Shown here: positions 10,480 to 18,968 of the stretch, one piece after another
Layout of the letters: the number at the start of each line of letters is the position of its first letter
Position numbering within the stretch: the first letter of the stretch is position 1
Source of the DNA: Gammaproteobacteria bacterium
Lineage (GTDB): Bacteria; Pseudomonadota; Gammaproteobacteria; Eutrophobiales; Eutrophobiaceae
Assembly: GCA_965243205.1 (NCBI GenBank)
Contig: CBDEUK010000002.1
Location: forward strand, 800,001 to 864,000
Reading direction: 5' to 3'
Length of the DNA stretch: 64,000 nucleotides
Position numbers and translations under genes: made by a program
The notes under the pieces: model-generated
The model's database searches: none
What the model was told of the DNA's origin: nothing
The model's input: only the letters and a program-made list of their open reading frames with translations

Positions 10480-10782
10480 ATGAAGCTTGTGTATACCAGT
10501 GACAACCTGATGATAGCAGGGCAAATTCAAGGCTTGCTTGAATCCAACCAAATCAATAGTTTTATGAAAAACGTTTCGCTCACAGGTGGTATTGGTGAAT
10601 TACCTGCTAACGAATGCTGGCCTGAAGTTTGGGTGCATAATGATAACGATGAAACTTCTGCGCTTGAATTGATACAAAGTTATTTAAAACAACAACCTTC
10701 AAATTCACCATGGCAATGTCAATGTGGTGAAACCATTGAAGGGCAATATACTGAATGCTGGAACTGTGGACATGCTGTTTAA
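10480..10782 (+). CDS. DUF2007 family protein with C-terminal zinc ribbon
   Basis: GELP..ECWPEVWV and WQCQCGE...CWNCG. Confidence 0.85.
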   Translation: MKLVYTSDNLMIAGQIQGLLESNQINSFMKNVSLTGGIGELPANECWPEVWVHNDNDETSALELIQSYLKQQPSNSPWQCQCGETIEGQYTECWNCGHAV

Positions 10783-12208
10783 CACAAAACTATTTTTAAT
10801 TACTTTAATATGCGTTTTATCTTTTGGTATCCATAGTAATGCTTTAGCCAATAACAAATTACCTACCGTCGTTCTAAACACACTCAAAAAACATAAACTG
10901 CCTGTGAATTCGATGAGTGTGTATATAAAAGAAATTAACAACGCCACTCCGTTAATTGATTATCAATCGAGTTCCTCACGTAATCCAGCATCAGTCATGA
11001 AGATGGTTACAACCTTAGCAGGCTTAGAAATTTTAGGCCCTGCGTATCATTGGGAAACTGACTTTTATTATGATGGTGTGTTATCGAATAACACTCTACA
11101 AGGAAATTTACGTATTAAAGGTGGTGCTGATCCATTTTTTACTCGAGAAAATTTTTGGCACTCATTATTCACATTACAATCAAAAGGTTTAAAACATATA
11201 AAAGGTCATTTAATCATTGACCGTAGTGCGATCGAACAAGAAAACGGCCATCCTGGTCAGTTTGATAAAAAACCGTATCGTGCTTATAACGCATTTCCAG
11301 ATGCAGCCTTATTAAACTTTACAGCACAACAGTTTATATTTTTACCGCAAGGTAATAATGTGAAAGTTTATTCCGATCCATCTTCATCAAATTTAGAAAT
11401 TCGTAATAAATTAAAATTAGTTAAAGGTAAATGTCGCGGCATTAGTCGTGCAGCAAAAATGAACGTAACTCATCAAGGTTTAAAAACCATTGCAGAGTTT
11501 ACTGGCAATTATCCTAAAAGTTGTGGTGAACGTGAATTATTACGTAGCGTGACCAACAATTCAGTTTATACCTATGGTGTATTCAAATCATTATGGGAAA
11601 ACATGGGTGGCACCATTGATGGCACAGTAAAACATGGCTTGATTGGAACGGATTTAGAATTAATTCATAAGCACCACTCATTACCTTTATCTGACATCAT
11701 TCAATACATTAATAAATTCAGTAACAATGTGATGGCAAGGCAATTGTTATTAACCATGGCTAAAGAAAAATTCGGTGAACCTGGCACCAAACAAAATGCC
11801 AAAATGGTAATCAATGATTGGTTAAAACAAAAAGGCATTAATCCAGCTAACATTATTATTGATAACGGAGCAGGCCTTTCACGTACTGCACGCTTCAATG
11901 CTATATCCTTATCCAAATTATTAGAACAAGCTTATAAAAGTCATCTACGCCCTGAATTCTTAAGTTCCTTACCCATCGCTGGCATTGATGGCACCATGAA
12001 AAAACGTTTTAAAAATACTATCCCTGCAGGAACCATGCGTATAAAAACAGGTTTACTTAATGACGTACGTTCTATGGCCGGTTATGTCACTACAAACAGC
12101 GGCAAAGAATACATCGTAGTATCCTTTCAGAATCACCCTGGTGTACAAAACTGGACTGGCACAGAAATACAAAATGTTTTATTGCATTGGTTGTATCATA
12201 ATCACTAA
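10772..12208 (+). CDS. dacB: D-Ala-D-Ala carboxypeptidase/endopeptidase PBP4 (peptidase S13)
   Basis: PASVMK (SxxK), SNN, KTG motifs; likely start ATG 10772 gives a signal peptide. Confidence 0.93.
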   Translation: MLFNTKLFLITLICVLSFGIHSNALANNKLPTVVLNTLKKHKLPVNSMSVYIKEINNATPLIDYQSSSSRNPASVMKMVTTLAGLEILGPAYHWETDFYYDGVLSNNTLQGNLRIKGGADPFFTRENFWHSLFTLQSKGLKHIKGHLIIDRSAIEQENGHPGQFDKKPYRAYNAFPDAALLNFTAQQFIFLPQGNNVKVYSDPSSSNLEIRNKLKLVKGKCRGISRAAKMNVTHQGLKTIAEFTGNYPKSCGERELLRSVTNNSVYTYGVFKSLWENMGGTIDGTVKHGLIGTDLELIHKHHSLPLSDIIQYINKFSNNVMARQLLLTMAKEKFGEPGTKQNAKMVINDWLKQKGINPANIIIDNGAGLSRTARFNAISLSKLLEQAYKSHLRPEFLSSLPIAGIDGTMKKRFKNTIPAGTMRIKTGLLNDVRSMAGYVTTNSGKEYIVVSFQNHPGVQNWTGTEIQNVLLHWLYHNH

Positions 12209-12252
12209 GAATTCGATCATATTGTTCATCAAAGTAAGGAAAGAAGAATACG

Positions 12253-12483
12253 ATGATAAAAATTTTTCCTACAGTACTAATTACCATTGGGGTTGCGGGA
12301 ATTATCTTTGCGTTACGAGCTTTGTTTGTGTGGGAACTTCCATTCATTGGAAGAAATGACATTCTCTATATAATTTCAATTAATGAAAATCAGTATTTAT
12401 TTTGGTTCATTGAATTATTTTATTTATTTGGTGGGATAGTATTTTTTCTACTAGGCTTAAAAGAATATAAAGATGAGTTCTAG
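12253..12483 (+). CDS. Small 2-TM hypothetical protein (cassette-like)
   Basis: 76 aa, AAGGA upstream, followed by an attC-like site. Confidence 0.55.
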   Translation: MIKIFPTVLITIGVAGIIFALRALFVWELPFIGRNDILYIISINENQYLFWFIELFYLFGGIVFFLLGLKEYKDEF

Positions 12484-12496
12484 GAACATAGAATAT

Positions 12497-12555
12497 ACTC
12501 TAGCCAGTTATTCCAACCAACTGCTAACGCGCCCGGCTGAATTCAAACTTTATAT
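12497..12555 (+). mobile_element. Degenerate integron attC-like site
   Basis: ACTCTAGC (decayed RYYYAAC)...ATTCCAACC...GCTAACGC...GGCTGAAT...TTTATAT (decayed GTTRRRY); the L''/L' arms pair with one extra C, as expected for the attC extrahelical base. Confidence 0.5.
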
Positions 12556-12590
12556 GTAGCAATTAATATCGAGCAGTCCAAATTAAAATA

Positions 12591-13130
12591 ATGAATACAA
12601 GAAATAAAACAAATAAAGTTATAGTAGAAAACTCACAGGTTTCTCATAGCATTATAGCTAAAATCTTTCATTGGGGTTTTATTGCTGTTTTCTTCTATGC
12701 ACTAACTAAGCAACTAGATGAGGTAGAGGAACTTGAAAATACCTCTTTGCTCTATTCAGAAATTATTTTTGCAACAATATTTTTATTATTATTATTTATC
12801 AGATATGTATATATGCGAATAAAAAGTACATCCGCACTCCCAAAAGATAGCTCTGCAATAGTAAAATTTATGGCAAAATTAGTACATACATGTATGTATA
12901 TTGCTTTGTCTATGATCGCTATTACCGGTCTTGGAATTGGCGCCTTGTATTGGTACGGTATTAAGAGTGGGGCTGTTATGAATGCTATGCTTTTATCACA
13001 TGAAATATTTGTTAATTCGAGTTTTATATTAATAGGTCTGCATATTTCAGCGGCTTTATACCATCGATTTTTAGGAGATGGTGTGTGGAATTCAATGGTG
13101 CCAATTTGGAAAGAAAAAAATAAGACATGA
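12591..13130 (+). CDS. Cytochrome b561 family (YceJ/CybB-like)
   Basis: KIFHW, KLVH, HE...HISAALYH heme-ligand histidines, 4 TM. Confidence 0.85.
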   Translation: MNTRNKTNKVIVENSQVSHSIIAKIFHWGFIAVFFYALTKQLDEVEELENTSLLYSEIIFATIFLLLLFIRYVYMRIKSTSALPKDSSAIVKFMAKLVHTCMYIALSMIAITGLGIGALYWYGIKSGAVMNAMLLSHEIFVNSSFILIGLHISAALYHRFLGDGVWNSMVPIWKEKNKT

Positions 13131-13202
13131 ACATATTTATAAATAATTTAATACACGCCAAGCTCATAATAATCAATATCAAGGCAATATTATTGCATTG
13201 CC

Positions 13203-13233
13203 ACCTAACAATTCCTTAATGATATCGTTAGAT
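13203..13233 (+). mobile_element. Collapsed attC-like remnant
   Basis: ACCTAAC (RYYYAAC) and GTTAGAT (GTTRRRY) separated by only 17 nt. Confidence 0.35.
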
Positions 13234-13275
13234 TAGTTTTTTTTAAGAATACCTAAGAGAAGAGTAACTCATGAC

Positions 13276-13950
13276 ATGAAATACTTTTTACCTATCATGT
13301 TATTATTTTCAAGTAATGTGTTATCTATTGAGAGTGTATGTTACGGAACAACATCAAAAGGCAGTCTAGAGAATGGGGTTAAGTTACCTCCAAAGGGAAA
13401 CAATTTTATCAGTTATAGTAATATGGCTGAAATATTAGGCCGAACATATGTCCATTCCGAAGTTAAAAAAATTATTATTGCTGCATATAAAGACTTAGAA
13501 ACATCACAACCTAATAAAGTTTTCAAATACGCTGAAACCGGTTCCAAAAGCGGTGGGCAATTTAAACCACACAAAACACATCAAAATGGTTTATCTGTTG
13601 ATTTCATGATACCAGTAATTAACTCAAAAGGCGAATCCGTTCATTTACCAACTCATGCACTCAATAAATTTGGTTATAACATTGAATTTGATAAAAATGG
13701 TAATTACGATGATTTAACCATTGATTATGAGGCTTTAGCTGCTCATATAACTGCTTTGCATAAACAATCTAAAAAGATAGGCTATAATTTGTGGCGTGTT
13801 ATTTTTGATCCTAAATTACAAGCAAATCTTTTTAAAACTAAATACGCAGATTATCTAAAAAATAATATACAATTTTCGAAAAAAAGATCATGGGTTAGGC
13901 ATGATGAACATTATCATGTTGATTTCTCCATTCCATGTAAGAAATTTTAG
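13276..13950 (+). CDS. MepA-like penicillin-insensitive murein endopeptidase
   Basis: Signal peptide; G.L.NG..LP, HKTHQNGLSVDF and HDEHYH (LAS-type Zn ligands). Confidence 0.8.
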   Translation: MKYFLPIMLLFSSNVLSIESVCYGTTSKGSLENGVKLPPKGNNFISYSNMAEILGRTYVHSEVKKIIIAAYKDLETSQPNKVFKYAETGSKSGGQFKPHKTHQNGLSVDFMIPVINSKGESVHLPTHALNKFGYNIEFDKNGNYDDLTIDYEALAAHITALHKQSKKIGYNLWRVIFDPKLQANLFKTKYADYLKNNIQFSKKRSWVRHDEHYHVDFSIPCKKF

Positions 13951-13987
13951 AGTCAAGGTAACAATTTAATTACAATATATTCTAGCG

Positions 13988-14016
13988 TTGACTTCCTAAA
14001 CCTTCTCAGTAATGAT
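13988..14016 (+). promoter_or_regulatory. sigma70-type promoter for the attenuator leader
   Basis: TTGACT (13988-13993), 17 nt, AATGAT (14011-14016); predicted +1 falls on or next to the leader ATG at 14023. Confidence 0.55.
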
Positions 14017-14022
14017 CAACTT

Positions 14023-14076
14023 ATGAATATAGATTCTCTACGCACAAATTTTCGAATTATTACCATCATTCCATAG
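14023..14076 (+). CDS. Attenuator leader peptide MNIDSLRTNFRIITIIP (17 aa)
   Basis: Not in ORF track. Ends ATT ATT ACC ATC ATT CCA TAG; the control codons overlap segment 1 of the attenuator. Confidence 0.8.
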   Translation: MNIDSLRTNFRIITIIP

Positions 14077-14138
14077 GAATGGTGGGTTTTGATACGTAAA
14101 TCATTTTCAAACCCGCCCAAGAGGCGGGTTTTTATTAT
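14063..14138 (+). promoter_or_regulatory. Four-segment transcription attenuator (pause / antiterminator / terminator)
   Basis: 1:2 = CCATCATTCC(14063-72)/GGAATGGTGG(14076-85); 2:3 = GGTGGGTTTTGA(14081-92)/TCAAACCCGCC(14107-17); 3:4 = AAACCCGCC(14109-17)/GGCGGGTTT(14123-31) followed by TTATTAT. Confidence 0.85.
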
Positions 14139-14177
14139 CAGCTTCTTGGGCATTGAGTAATAGCCAAAGGAGGCAAT

Positions 14178-14705
14178 ATGAAAAAAATAGCAATATTCGG
14201 AAATACTGGAGGTGGTAAGTCTACATTGGCTAAACAATTAGCCGAAGTTACTGGGCTTCCACTCTACCCTTTAGATAAAATACAATACAAATTTGGTGGT
14301 GCAAAAGTATCAGACGATAAATATCTAAAAGCTCATGTTGAACTATTACGGCAAGAGAAATGGATCATCGATGGCTTTGGTAATATTACAACTGCATGGG
14401 AACGCTTTGGTGTTGCCGATACATTAATCTATATCGACTTACCTCTAATGACACATGCGCTATGGGTAACCAAGCGATTTTTTAAAGGCTTTATTGTTAA
14501 CCCTGAGGGTTGGCCTGATAAGAGTCCTTTATTTAAAAGTACATTGAATAGTTATCGAGTACTTTGGTTATGCCATCGCAAGCTCACACCTGCTTATCGA
14601 AAACTAGTAGCTGAATCTATGGAATCGAAAAATGTTTATCATTTAAAGTCGCCTGCTGACATACAGCAATTTTTAGATGATATACAATCAAAAAATATTT
14701 TATAA
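14178..14705 (+). CDS. P-loop small-molecule kinase (adenylate kinase-like / FlaR-like)
   Basis: AAGGAGG RBS; KIAIFGNTGGGKSTLA, LD, WIIDG, ADTLIYIDLP. Confidence 0.85.
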   Translation: MKKIAIFGNTGGGKSTLAKQLAEVTGLPLYPLDKIQYKFGGAKVSDDKYLKAHVELLRQEKWIIDGFGNITTAWERFGVADTLIYIDLPLMTHALWVTKRFFKGFIVNPEGWPDKSPLFKSTLNSYRVLWLCHRKLTPAYRKLVAESMESKNVYHLKSPADIQQFLDDIQSKNIL

Positions 14706-14741
14706 ATTAATACTTCAGATTTATTTTTAAATAATTGAATT

Positions 14742-15362
14742 ATGTTTAACAAAGAAAATCTTCATGCCAGTCTTTCAAAATTAGGTATTTCTAATCCAGG
14801 AGATATCTTTGAAAGGCTAGAAGCTGCTTACACAGACTCTACTAGGTTCTATCATAATGAAACTCATGTCAGTGAATGTTTGAAATACCTGTATGAATAT
14901 TCTTATCTCGCGAATAATATTACTGAAATTGAGATCGCTATTTGGTTTCACGATGCTATCTATGATACGCATCGTAATGATAATGAAGAATTGAGTGCTG
15001 CTTGGGCCAATGATTATCTCAATAATTTCGCTATAACGAATAACATTGTTAAAAATATATATGACATGATTATATGCACTAAGACACATGTTGCCGATAA
15101 TATAGATGCTCAACTAATGCTTGATATTGATCTCAGTGTTTTAGGCGCATCAAATGAAGTATTTGAATCTTACGATAAAAAAATTCGCAAAGAATATCAT
15201 TGGATTTCAGAACTCGACTATCGAAAAGGGAGGATAGAGGTTTTAGAATCATTTCTAAAACGAGAAAACATTTATCACACTTCAGAATTCTCAGAACGTT
15301 TTGATAAAAAAGCTCGAAATAATCTCTCACGTAAGATAAAGGAATTATCGTCTAGTAATTAA
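14742..15362 (+). CDS. Predicted metal-dependent phosphohydrolase, HD superfamily (COG4339-like)
   Basis: RFYHNETH, WFHDAIYD, NEELSA, DIDLSVLG, IRKEY, ARNNL. Confidence 0.85.
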   Translation: MFNKENLHASLSKLGISNPGDIFERLEAAYTDSTRFYHNETHVSECLKYLYEYSYLANNITEIEIAIWFHDAIYDTHRNDNEELSAAWANDYLNNFAITNNIVKNIYDMIICTKTHVADNIDAQLMLDIDLSVLGASNEVFESYDKKIRKEYHWISELDYRKGRIEVLESFLKRENIYHTSEFSERFDKKARNNLSRKIKELSSSN

Positions 15363-15371
15363 ACAATAATT

Positions 15372-15403
15372 ATAGAGCGAGTTAACTAATTAACTCGCTC
15401 TAT
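15372..15403. terminator. Hairpin between convergent genes, probable bidirectional terminator
   Basis: ATAGAGCGAGTTAA-CTAA-TTAACTCGCTCTAT, 14-bp perfect stem. Confidence 0.7.
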
Positions 15404-15407
15404 GCTT

Positions 15408-16313
15408 TTATGAAACTACTAATTCACATCCATCTTCCGATGTATCTTGCCAACCTATTTCACTAGGCCACCGACCTAATAATTTCGGTAAATAATTAAT
15501 ATTGGGAGCATTATAACCTTGCATCAATTCATAGTGACCAAACGATAATGGCGTCCAATTAATTACATCAAAGATATGACTAACGATTCTCACTATAAAT
15601 TTATTAATCGGAATTTGCATAGTTGACTCAAGATGTTTTGTTTTTCTAAGCTCAGTTAAGTACTCAGCAATACTCATAACATCGTTGCCTCCTAACTCAA
15701 CAATGCTAGGTAATTCTTTTTGTGTATAAAACACAATGTTTGCTATCGCTTCACCTAAATCAGAAACTTGTAATGGAGCTACTAAACCATCTGACTTCAT
15801 CACAAACTGTATTGGCCATAACGCCACTCTTCTAAACCATTTTGCTCCAAAACCTCCTTTACCATCTAATAATGATGGTCTTACGATCACTGCATTTGCC
15901 CCACTAGCAAATATTGCCTGCTCACCTGCATACTTAGATTTAATAAAGCGACTGCCTGCTGTAGGCGATAAGCCTAAAGCTGAAACGTGGATAAGTTTGA
16001 TATTTAAACCCTTACACGCACTGGCCAAAGCAGAAACACTGTTAGTATGTACATCTGCATACGATTCATTTTTACGTTCTCTTAAAATACCTACACTATT
16101 CACCACCACATCAAAATTGCTCAAAATATTCTTCCATTTTGATGGTTCTAACATTTCGTGCATACGCACCGTTATTTCATTGCTTTTAATATTGGTTTTT
16201 TGTGTTCCGATGCTAACTTGAGCATTATTGCTTAAAAACTTAACCACTTGGTTACCGATAAATCCATTACCACCTAAGACTAAAGCTCTGATATTTCGAT
16301 TATTTTCATTCAT
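15408..16313 (-). CDS. NAD(P)-dependent epimerase / atypical SDR (NDUFA9-like)
   Basis: GGNGFIG, VNSVGIL, HVSALG, SKY.GE, IVRPSL. Confidence 0.85.
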   Translation of the reverse strand: MNENNRNIRALVLGGNGFIGNQVVKFLSNNAQVSIGTQKTNIKSNEITVRMHEMLEPSKWKNILSNFDVVVNSVGILRERKNESYADVHTNSVSALASACKGLNIKLIHVSALGLSPTAGSRFIKSKYAGEQAIFASGANAVIVRPSLLDGKGGFGAKWFRRVALWPIQFVMKSDGLVAPLQVSDLGEAIANIVFYTQKELPSIVELGGNDVMSIAEYLTELRKTKHLESTMQIPINKFIVRIVSHIFDVINWTPLSFGHYELMQGYNAPNINYLPKLLGRWPSEIGWQDTSEDGCELVVS

Positions 16314-16328
16314 TTTCTTTATTTCTTT

Positions 16329-16375
16329 AATTTCTGTATTGACAGAAATTTATGATATAAGTGATAATATGTCAA
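16329..16375. promoter_or_regulatory. Divergent promoters with palindromic operator, probably for the GbsR/MarR regulator
   Basis: AATTTCTGT-ATTG-ACAGAAATT (16329-16350) overlaps a plus-strand TTGACA (16339) and the -10 (TAAATT) of a minus-strand TTGACA promoter (16375-16370, 17-nt spacer). Confidence 0.7.
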
Positions 16376-16400
16376 GTTAGATAGATTAAAGAGTTATTTA

Positions 16401-16934
16401 ATGAGCGAAAAAATAGAATTAAGTGAACAAGGTAATCAGTTTGTTTTGCACTGGGGTGAAATGGGTTCCCGTTGGGGAATCAATCGTACAGTGTCACAGA
16501 TCCATGCTTTTTTGTATTACATCGGCCAGCCAGCCAATGCAGAACAAATCTCAGAAACTTTGCATGTTGCACGTTCGAATGTCAGTAATAGTTTAAAAGA
16601 ATTGCAAAATTGGAATTTGATTCATGTAACGCATGTAATGGGAGATAGACGAGATTATTTTGAAACATCTTTGGATGTATGGGCGTTATTTAGAACCATA
16701 ATCACTGAAAGAAAAACTCGTGAGTTTGATCCAACTGTAGATTTTCTTAAATCGTTTCTTAAACAAAACAATTTTAATAAAAATGACAAAGAAGCAAAAA
16801 AACGTGTCGAAGACATACTAGAGCTTATGGAAGCTTTATCTGTTTGGGGTGAAGAAATGTTAAACCTTAAACCAGAGACGCTGACTAAAATAATGAAATA
16901 TGGTACGAAAATTCAAAAATTACTGAGAACTTAA
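16401..16934 (+). CDS. GbsR/MarR-family transcriptional regulator
   Basis: FVLHWGEMGSRWGINRTVSQIHA, ARSNVSNSLKEL, GDRRDYF. Confidence 0.9.
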   Translation: MSEKIELSEQGNQFVLHWGEMGSRWGINRTVSQIHAFLYYIGQPANAEQISETLHVARSNVSNSLKELQNWNLIHVTHVMGDRRDYFETSLDVWALFRTIITERKTREFDPTVDFLKSFLKQNNFNKNDKEAKKRVEDILELMEALSVWGEEMLNLKPETLTKIMKYGTKIQKLLRT

Positions 16935-16937
16935 ATT

Positions 16938-17345
16938 ATGGATGTTACCTACCCTTTAACTATTTATTACGACGCATCTTGTCCTATGTGTAAAACTGAA
17001 ATGGAAACCTTAAAAGAAACTGATACTGAAAATAAACTTATTCTAAAAGATTGTTCTGATAAAAATTTATCGGTACCAACAAGTTGCCCTGTTACGCGAG
17101 AAGAAATGATGGAACGTATACATGCAATTGATGCGAATGGTATTTGGATCAAAAGTGTGGATGTATTCGCTGTAGCTTATGATGCGAGTGGCTATAAAAC
17201 TATTTCTAAAATTTGGGCAAGCAAAACATTGAAACCAATACTTAGCAGAGCTTATCCATTCATTGCTGATAATAGAAAATGGCTTTCAAAAACACCATTA
17301 CCTTATTTTCTAAATCGAGTATTGAAATTCCTTTCTAAAAAATAA
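16938..17345 (+). CDS. DCC-family (DUF393) thiol-disulfide oxidoreductase-like protein
   Basis: IYYDASCPMC (DxxCxxC), YPFIADNR. Confidence 0.85.
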   Translation: MDVTYPLTIYYDASCPMCKTEMETLKETDTENKLILKDCSDKNLSVPTSCPVTREEMMERIHAIDANGIWIKSVDVFAVAYDASGYKTISKIWASKTLKPILSRAYPFIADNRKWLSKTPLPYFLNRVLKFLSKK

Positions 17346-17458
17346 AAAAATTATTTAAATTTTAATAATTCAATCTCACTTCTAAAAAGTAATTTTTGTT
17401 TACATTACTATATTTGCAATAATATCATTTAACTTTAACAAACTATTAAGTTACCTCA

Positions 17459-18082
17459 ATGGAAATAATTATACCCGCTATACTAATTATATCTCTCATA
17501 TATGGAATTTATCTAACGATCCGTAAGTTTCGTATTCGACATCGAGAAAAGAAGATTGACGAGTTTCAATTCCCTAAAAAAATTTCTGAAAAGGTTTTAG
17601 AAACCTATCCACATTTAACTGAGCCACAACTCAATAAAGTCATCAATGGTTTAAGAGAGTATTTTCATATTTGTAACATCGCTGGCAATCGTATGGTATC
17701 AATGCCATCTCAAGCAGTAGATATTGCATGGCATGAATATATTTTATTTACAAAACAATACGAAATATTTTGTAAAAAATCTTTAGGACGTTTTTTACAT
17801 CATACGCCTGCTGAAGCCATGCAATCGAAAACCAAAGCTCAAAAAGGAATTAAAACTGCTTGGAAAATTTCTTGTTTCAGAGAAAACATAGAATCTAAAT
17901 CTCCAACAAGGTTACCTTTGCTTTTTGCTATGGATGCAGAGTTAGATATTCCTGATGGTTTTAAATATTCACTCGATTGCAGTAAAGATAATAATTACTG
18001 TGCAAGTGGTATTGGATGCGGCTCAGGTTGTGGTGGTTGTAGCAGTGGTGATGGATGTGGCGGTGGTTGTGGTGGAGACTAA
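17459..18082 (+). CDS. Membrane-anchored glycine-rich-domain (GRDP/DUF1399-like) protein with Cys/Gly tail
   Basis: N-terminal TM, MPSQAVDIAWHEYILFT, FLHHTP, tail CASGIGCGSGCGGCSSGDGCGGGCGGD. Confidence 0.8.
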   Translation: MEIIIPAILIISLIYGIYLTIRKFRIRHREKKIDEFQFPKKISEKVLETYPHLTEPQLNKVINGLREYFHICNIAGNRMVSMPSQAVDIAWHEYILFTKQYEIFCKKSLGRFLHHTPAEAMQSKTKAQKGIKTAWKISCFRENIESKSPTRLPLLFAMDAELDIPDGFKYSLDCSKDNNYCASGIGCGSGCGGCSSGDGCGGGCGGD

Positions 18083-18097
18083 TAACAACTGAACTTA

Positions 18098-18829
18098 TTA
18101 TTTACCATAACGCTCAAGTAACTTAAATTCCCATTCTCTCAATGCTACCAGAACACCGATATTAATACGTTTATCAATAGGCAGCTCACTGTCACGTTTT
18201 TGTAATTGGTGAAATTCATCTGATAAGGACTTCATACTTTCTAATAAAATAACTCGTGAATTTTCACTTACTAAGCCAGAAAAAAACATTCGAGGATTAT
18301 CAGTATGATCAAATCCGCCTTTTAAAAATTCACGTTCGATGTTTTTTTCATAAAATTTTTCAATAGGACCATGAGGAATCCAATGAAAGTTTTCAGCCAC
18401 ACGAAGTTTAATACGATTATTGGGTAACAAATCGATGATCTTAATTCGATCAAGTTTAGCTAGACTTTGAATTAACTCAGATTCCTCTACGGAATAATGT
18501 GAAATGATGTCCTGGAATGAAAGATGATTACGTACACAAACAGCAGCAAATAATAATTTTGTATCTGCTACCAACTCCTGCTCTTGTTCAACAGTCAAAT
18601 GAGATATTTTTTTACGTGAATCTTCGTACATATTAAAAAGATCACTCAGTTCCATTTCCAATAAACGACAAATTGCCTCCACTCGATCGATCGTAATGCG
18701 ATTAGCAGAAAACATGCGTTTTACATTGGCCTCGCTCATATCCAATCCAGTGGCAACTTCACCATAGGTCAATTTTTTCTCTTTCAAAGCCAGTTTTAAG
18801 GTGGCAATAAGCCTTTCTGTTCCTTCCAT
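18098..18829 (-). CDS. XRE/Cro-type HTH transcriptional regulator with C-terminal uncharacterised domain
   Basis: LTYGEVATGLDMSEANVKRMFS HTH; divergent from the pspA-like gene. Confidence 0.85.
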   Translation of the reverse strand: MEGTERLIATLKLALKEKKLTYGEVATGLDMSEANVKRMFSANRITIDRVEAICRLLEMELSDLFNMYEDSRKKISHLTVEQEQELVADTKLLFAAVCVRNHLSFQDIISHYSVEESELIQSLAKLDRIKIIDLLPNNRIKLRVAENFHWIPHGPIEKFYEKNIEREFLKGGFDHTDNPRMFFSGLVSENSRVILLESMKSLSDEFHQLQKRDSELPIDKRINIGVLVALREWEFKLLERYGK

Positions 18830-18843
18830 ACTATCTATCTTAA

Positions 18844-18878
18844 ATCTATAAAGTATATTTTTATTATACTTTATAGAT
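18844..18878. promoter_or_regulatory. Inverted-repeat operator in the divergent promoter region
   Basis: ATCTATAAAGTATA-N7-TATACTTTATAGAT, perfect 14-bp arms; a related weaker copy at ~18902-18923. Confidence 0.7.
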
Positions 18879-18968
18879 ATTTAAATTCTACTTTTTATAT
18901 AAAAGTATCTTTATATTAACTTTTAAACAATAGTTACTGGTACTTAAACCCAACATAGGAGAATAGCA

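Noticed and set aside
14016-14237. 73-aa minus-strand ORF over the attenuator
   Set aside because: No recognisable features and overlaps the kinase start; the plus-strand leader and hairpins explain the region.
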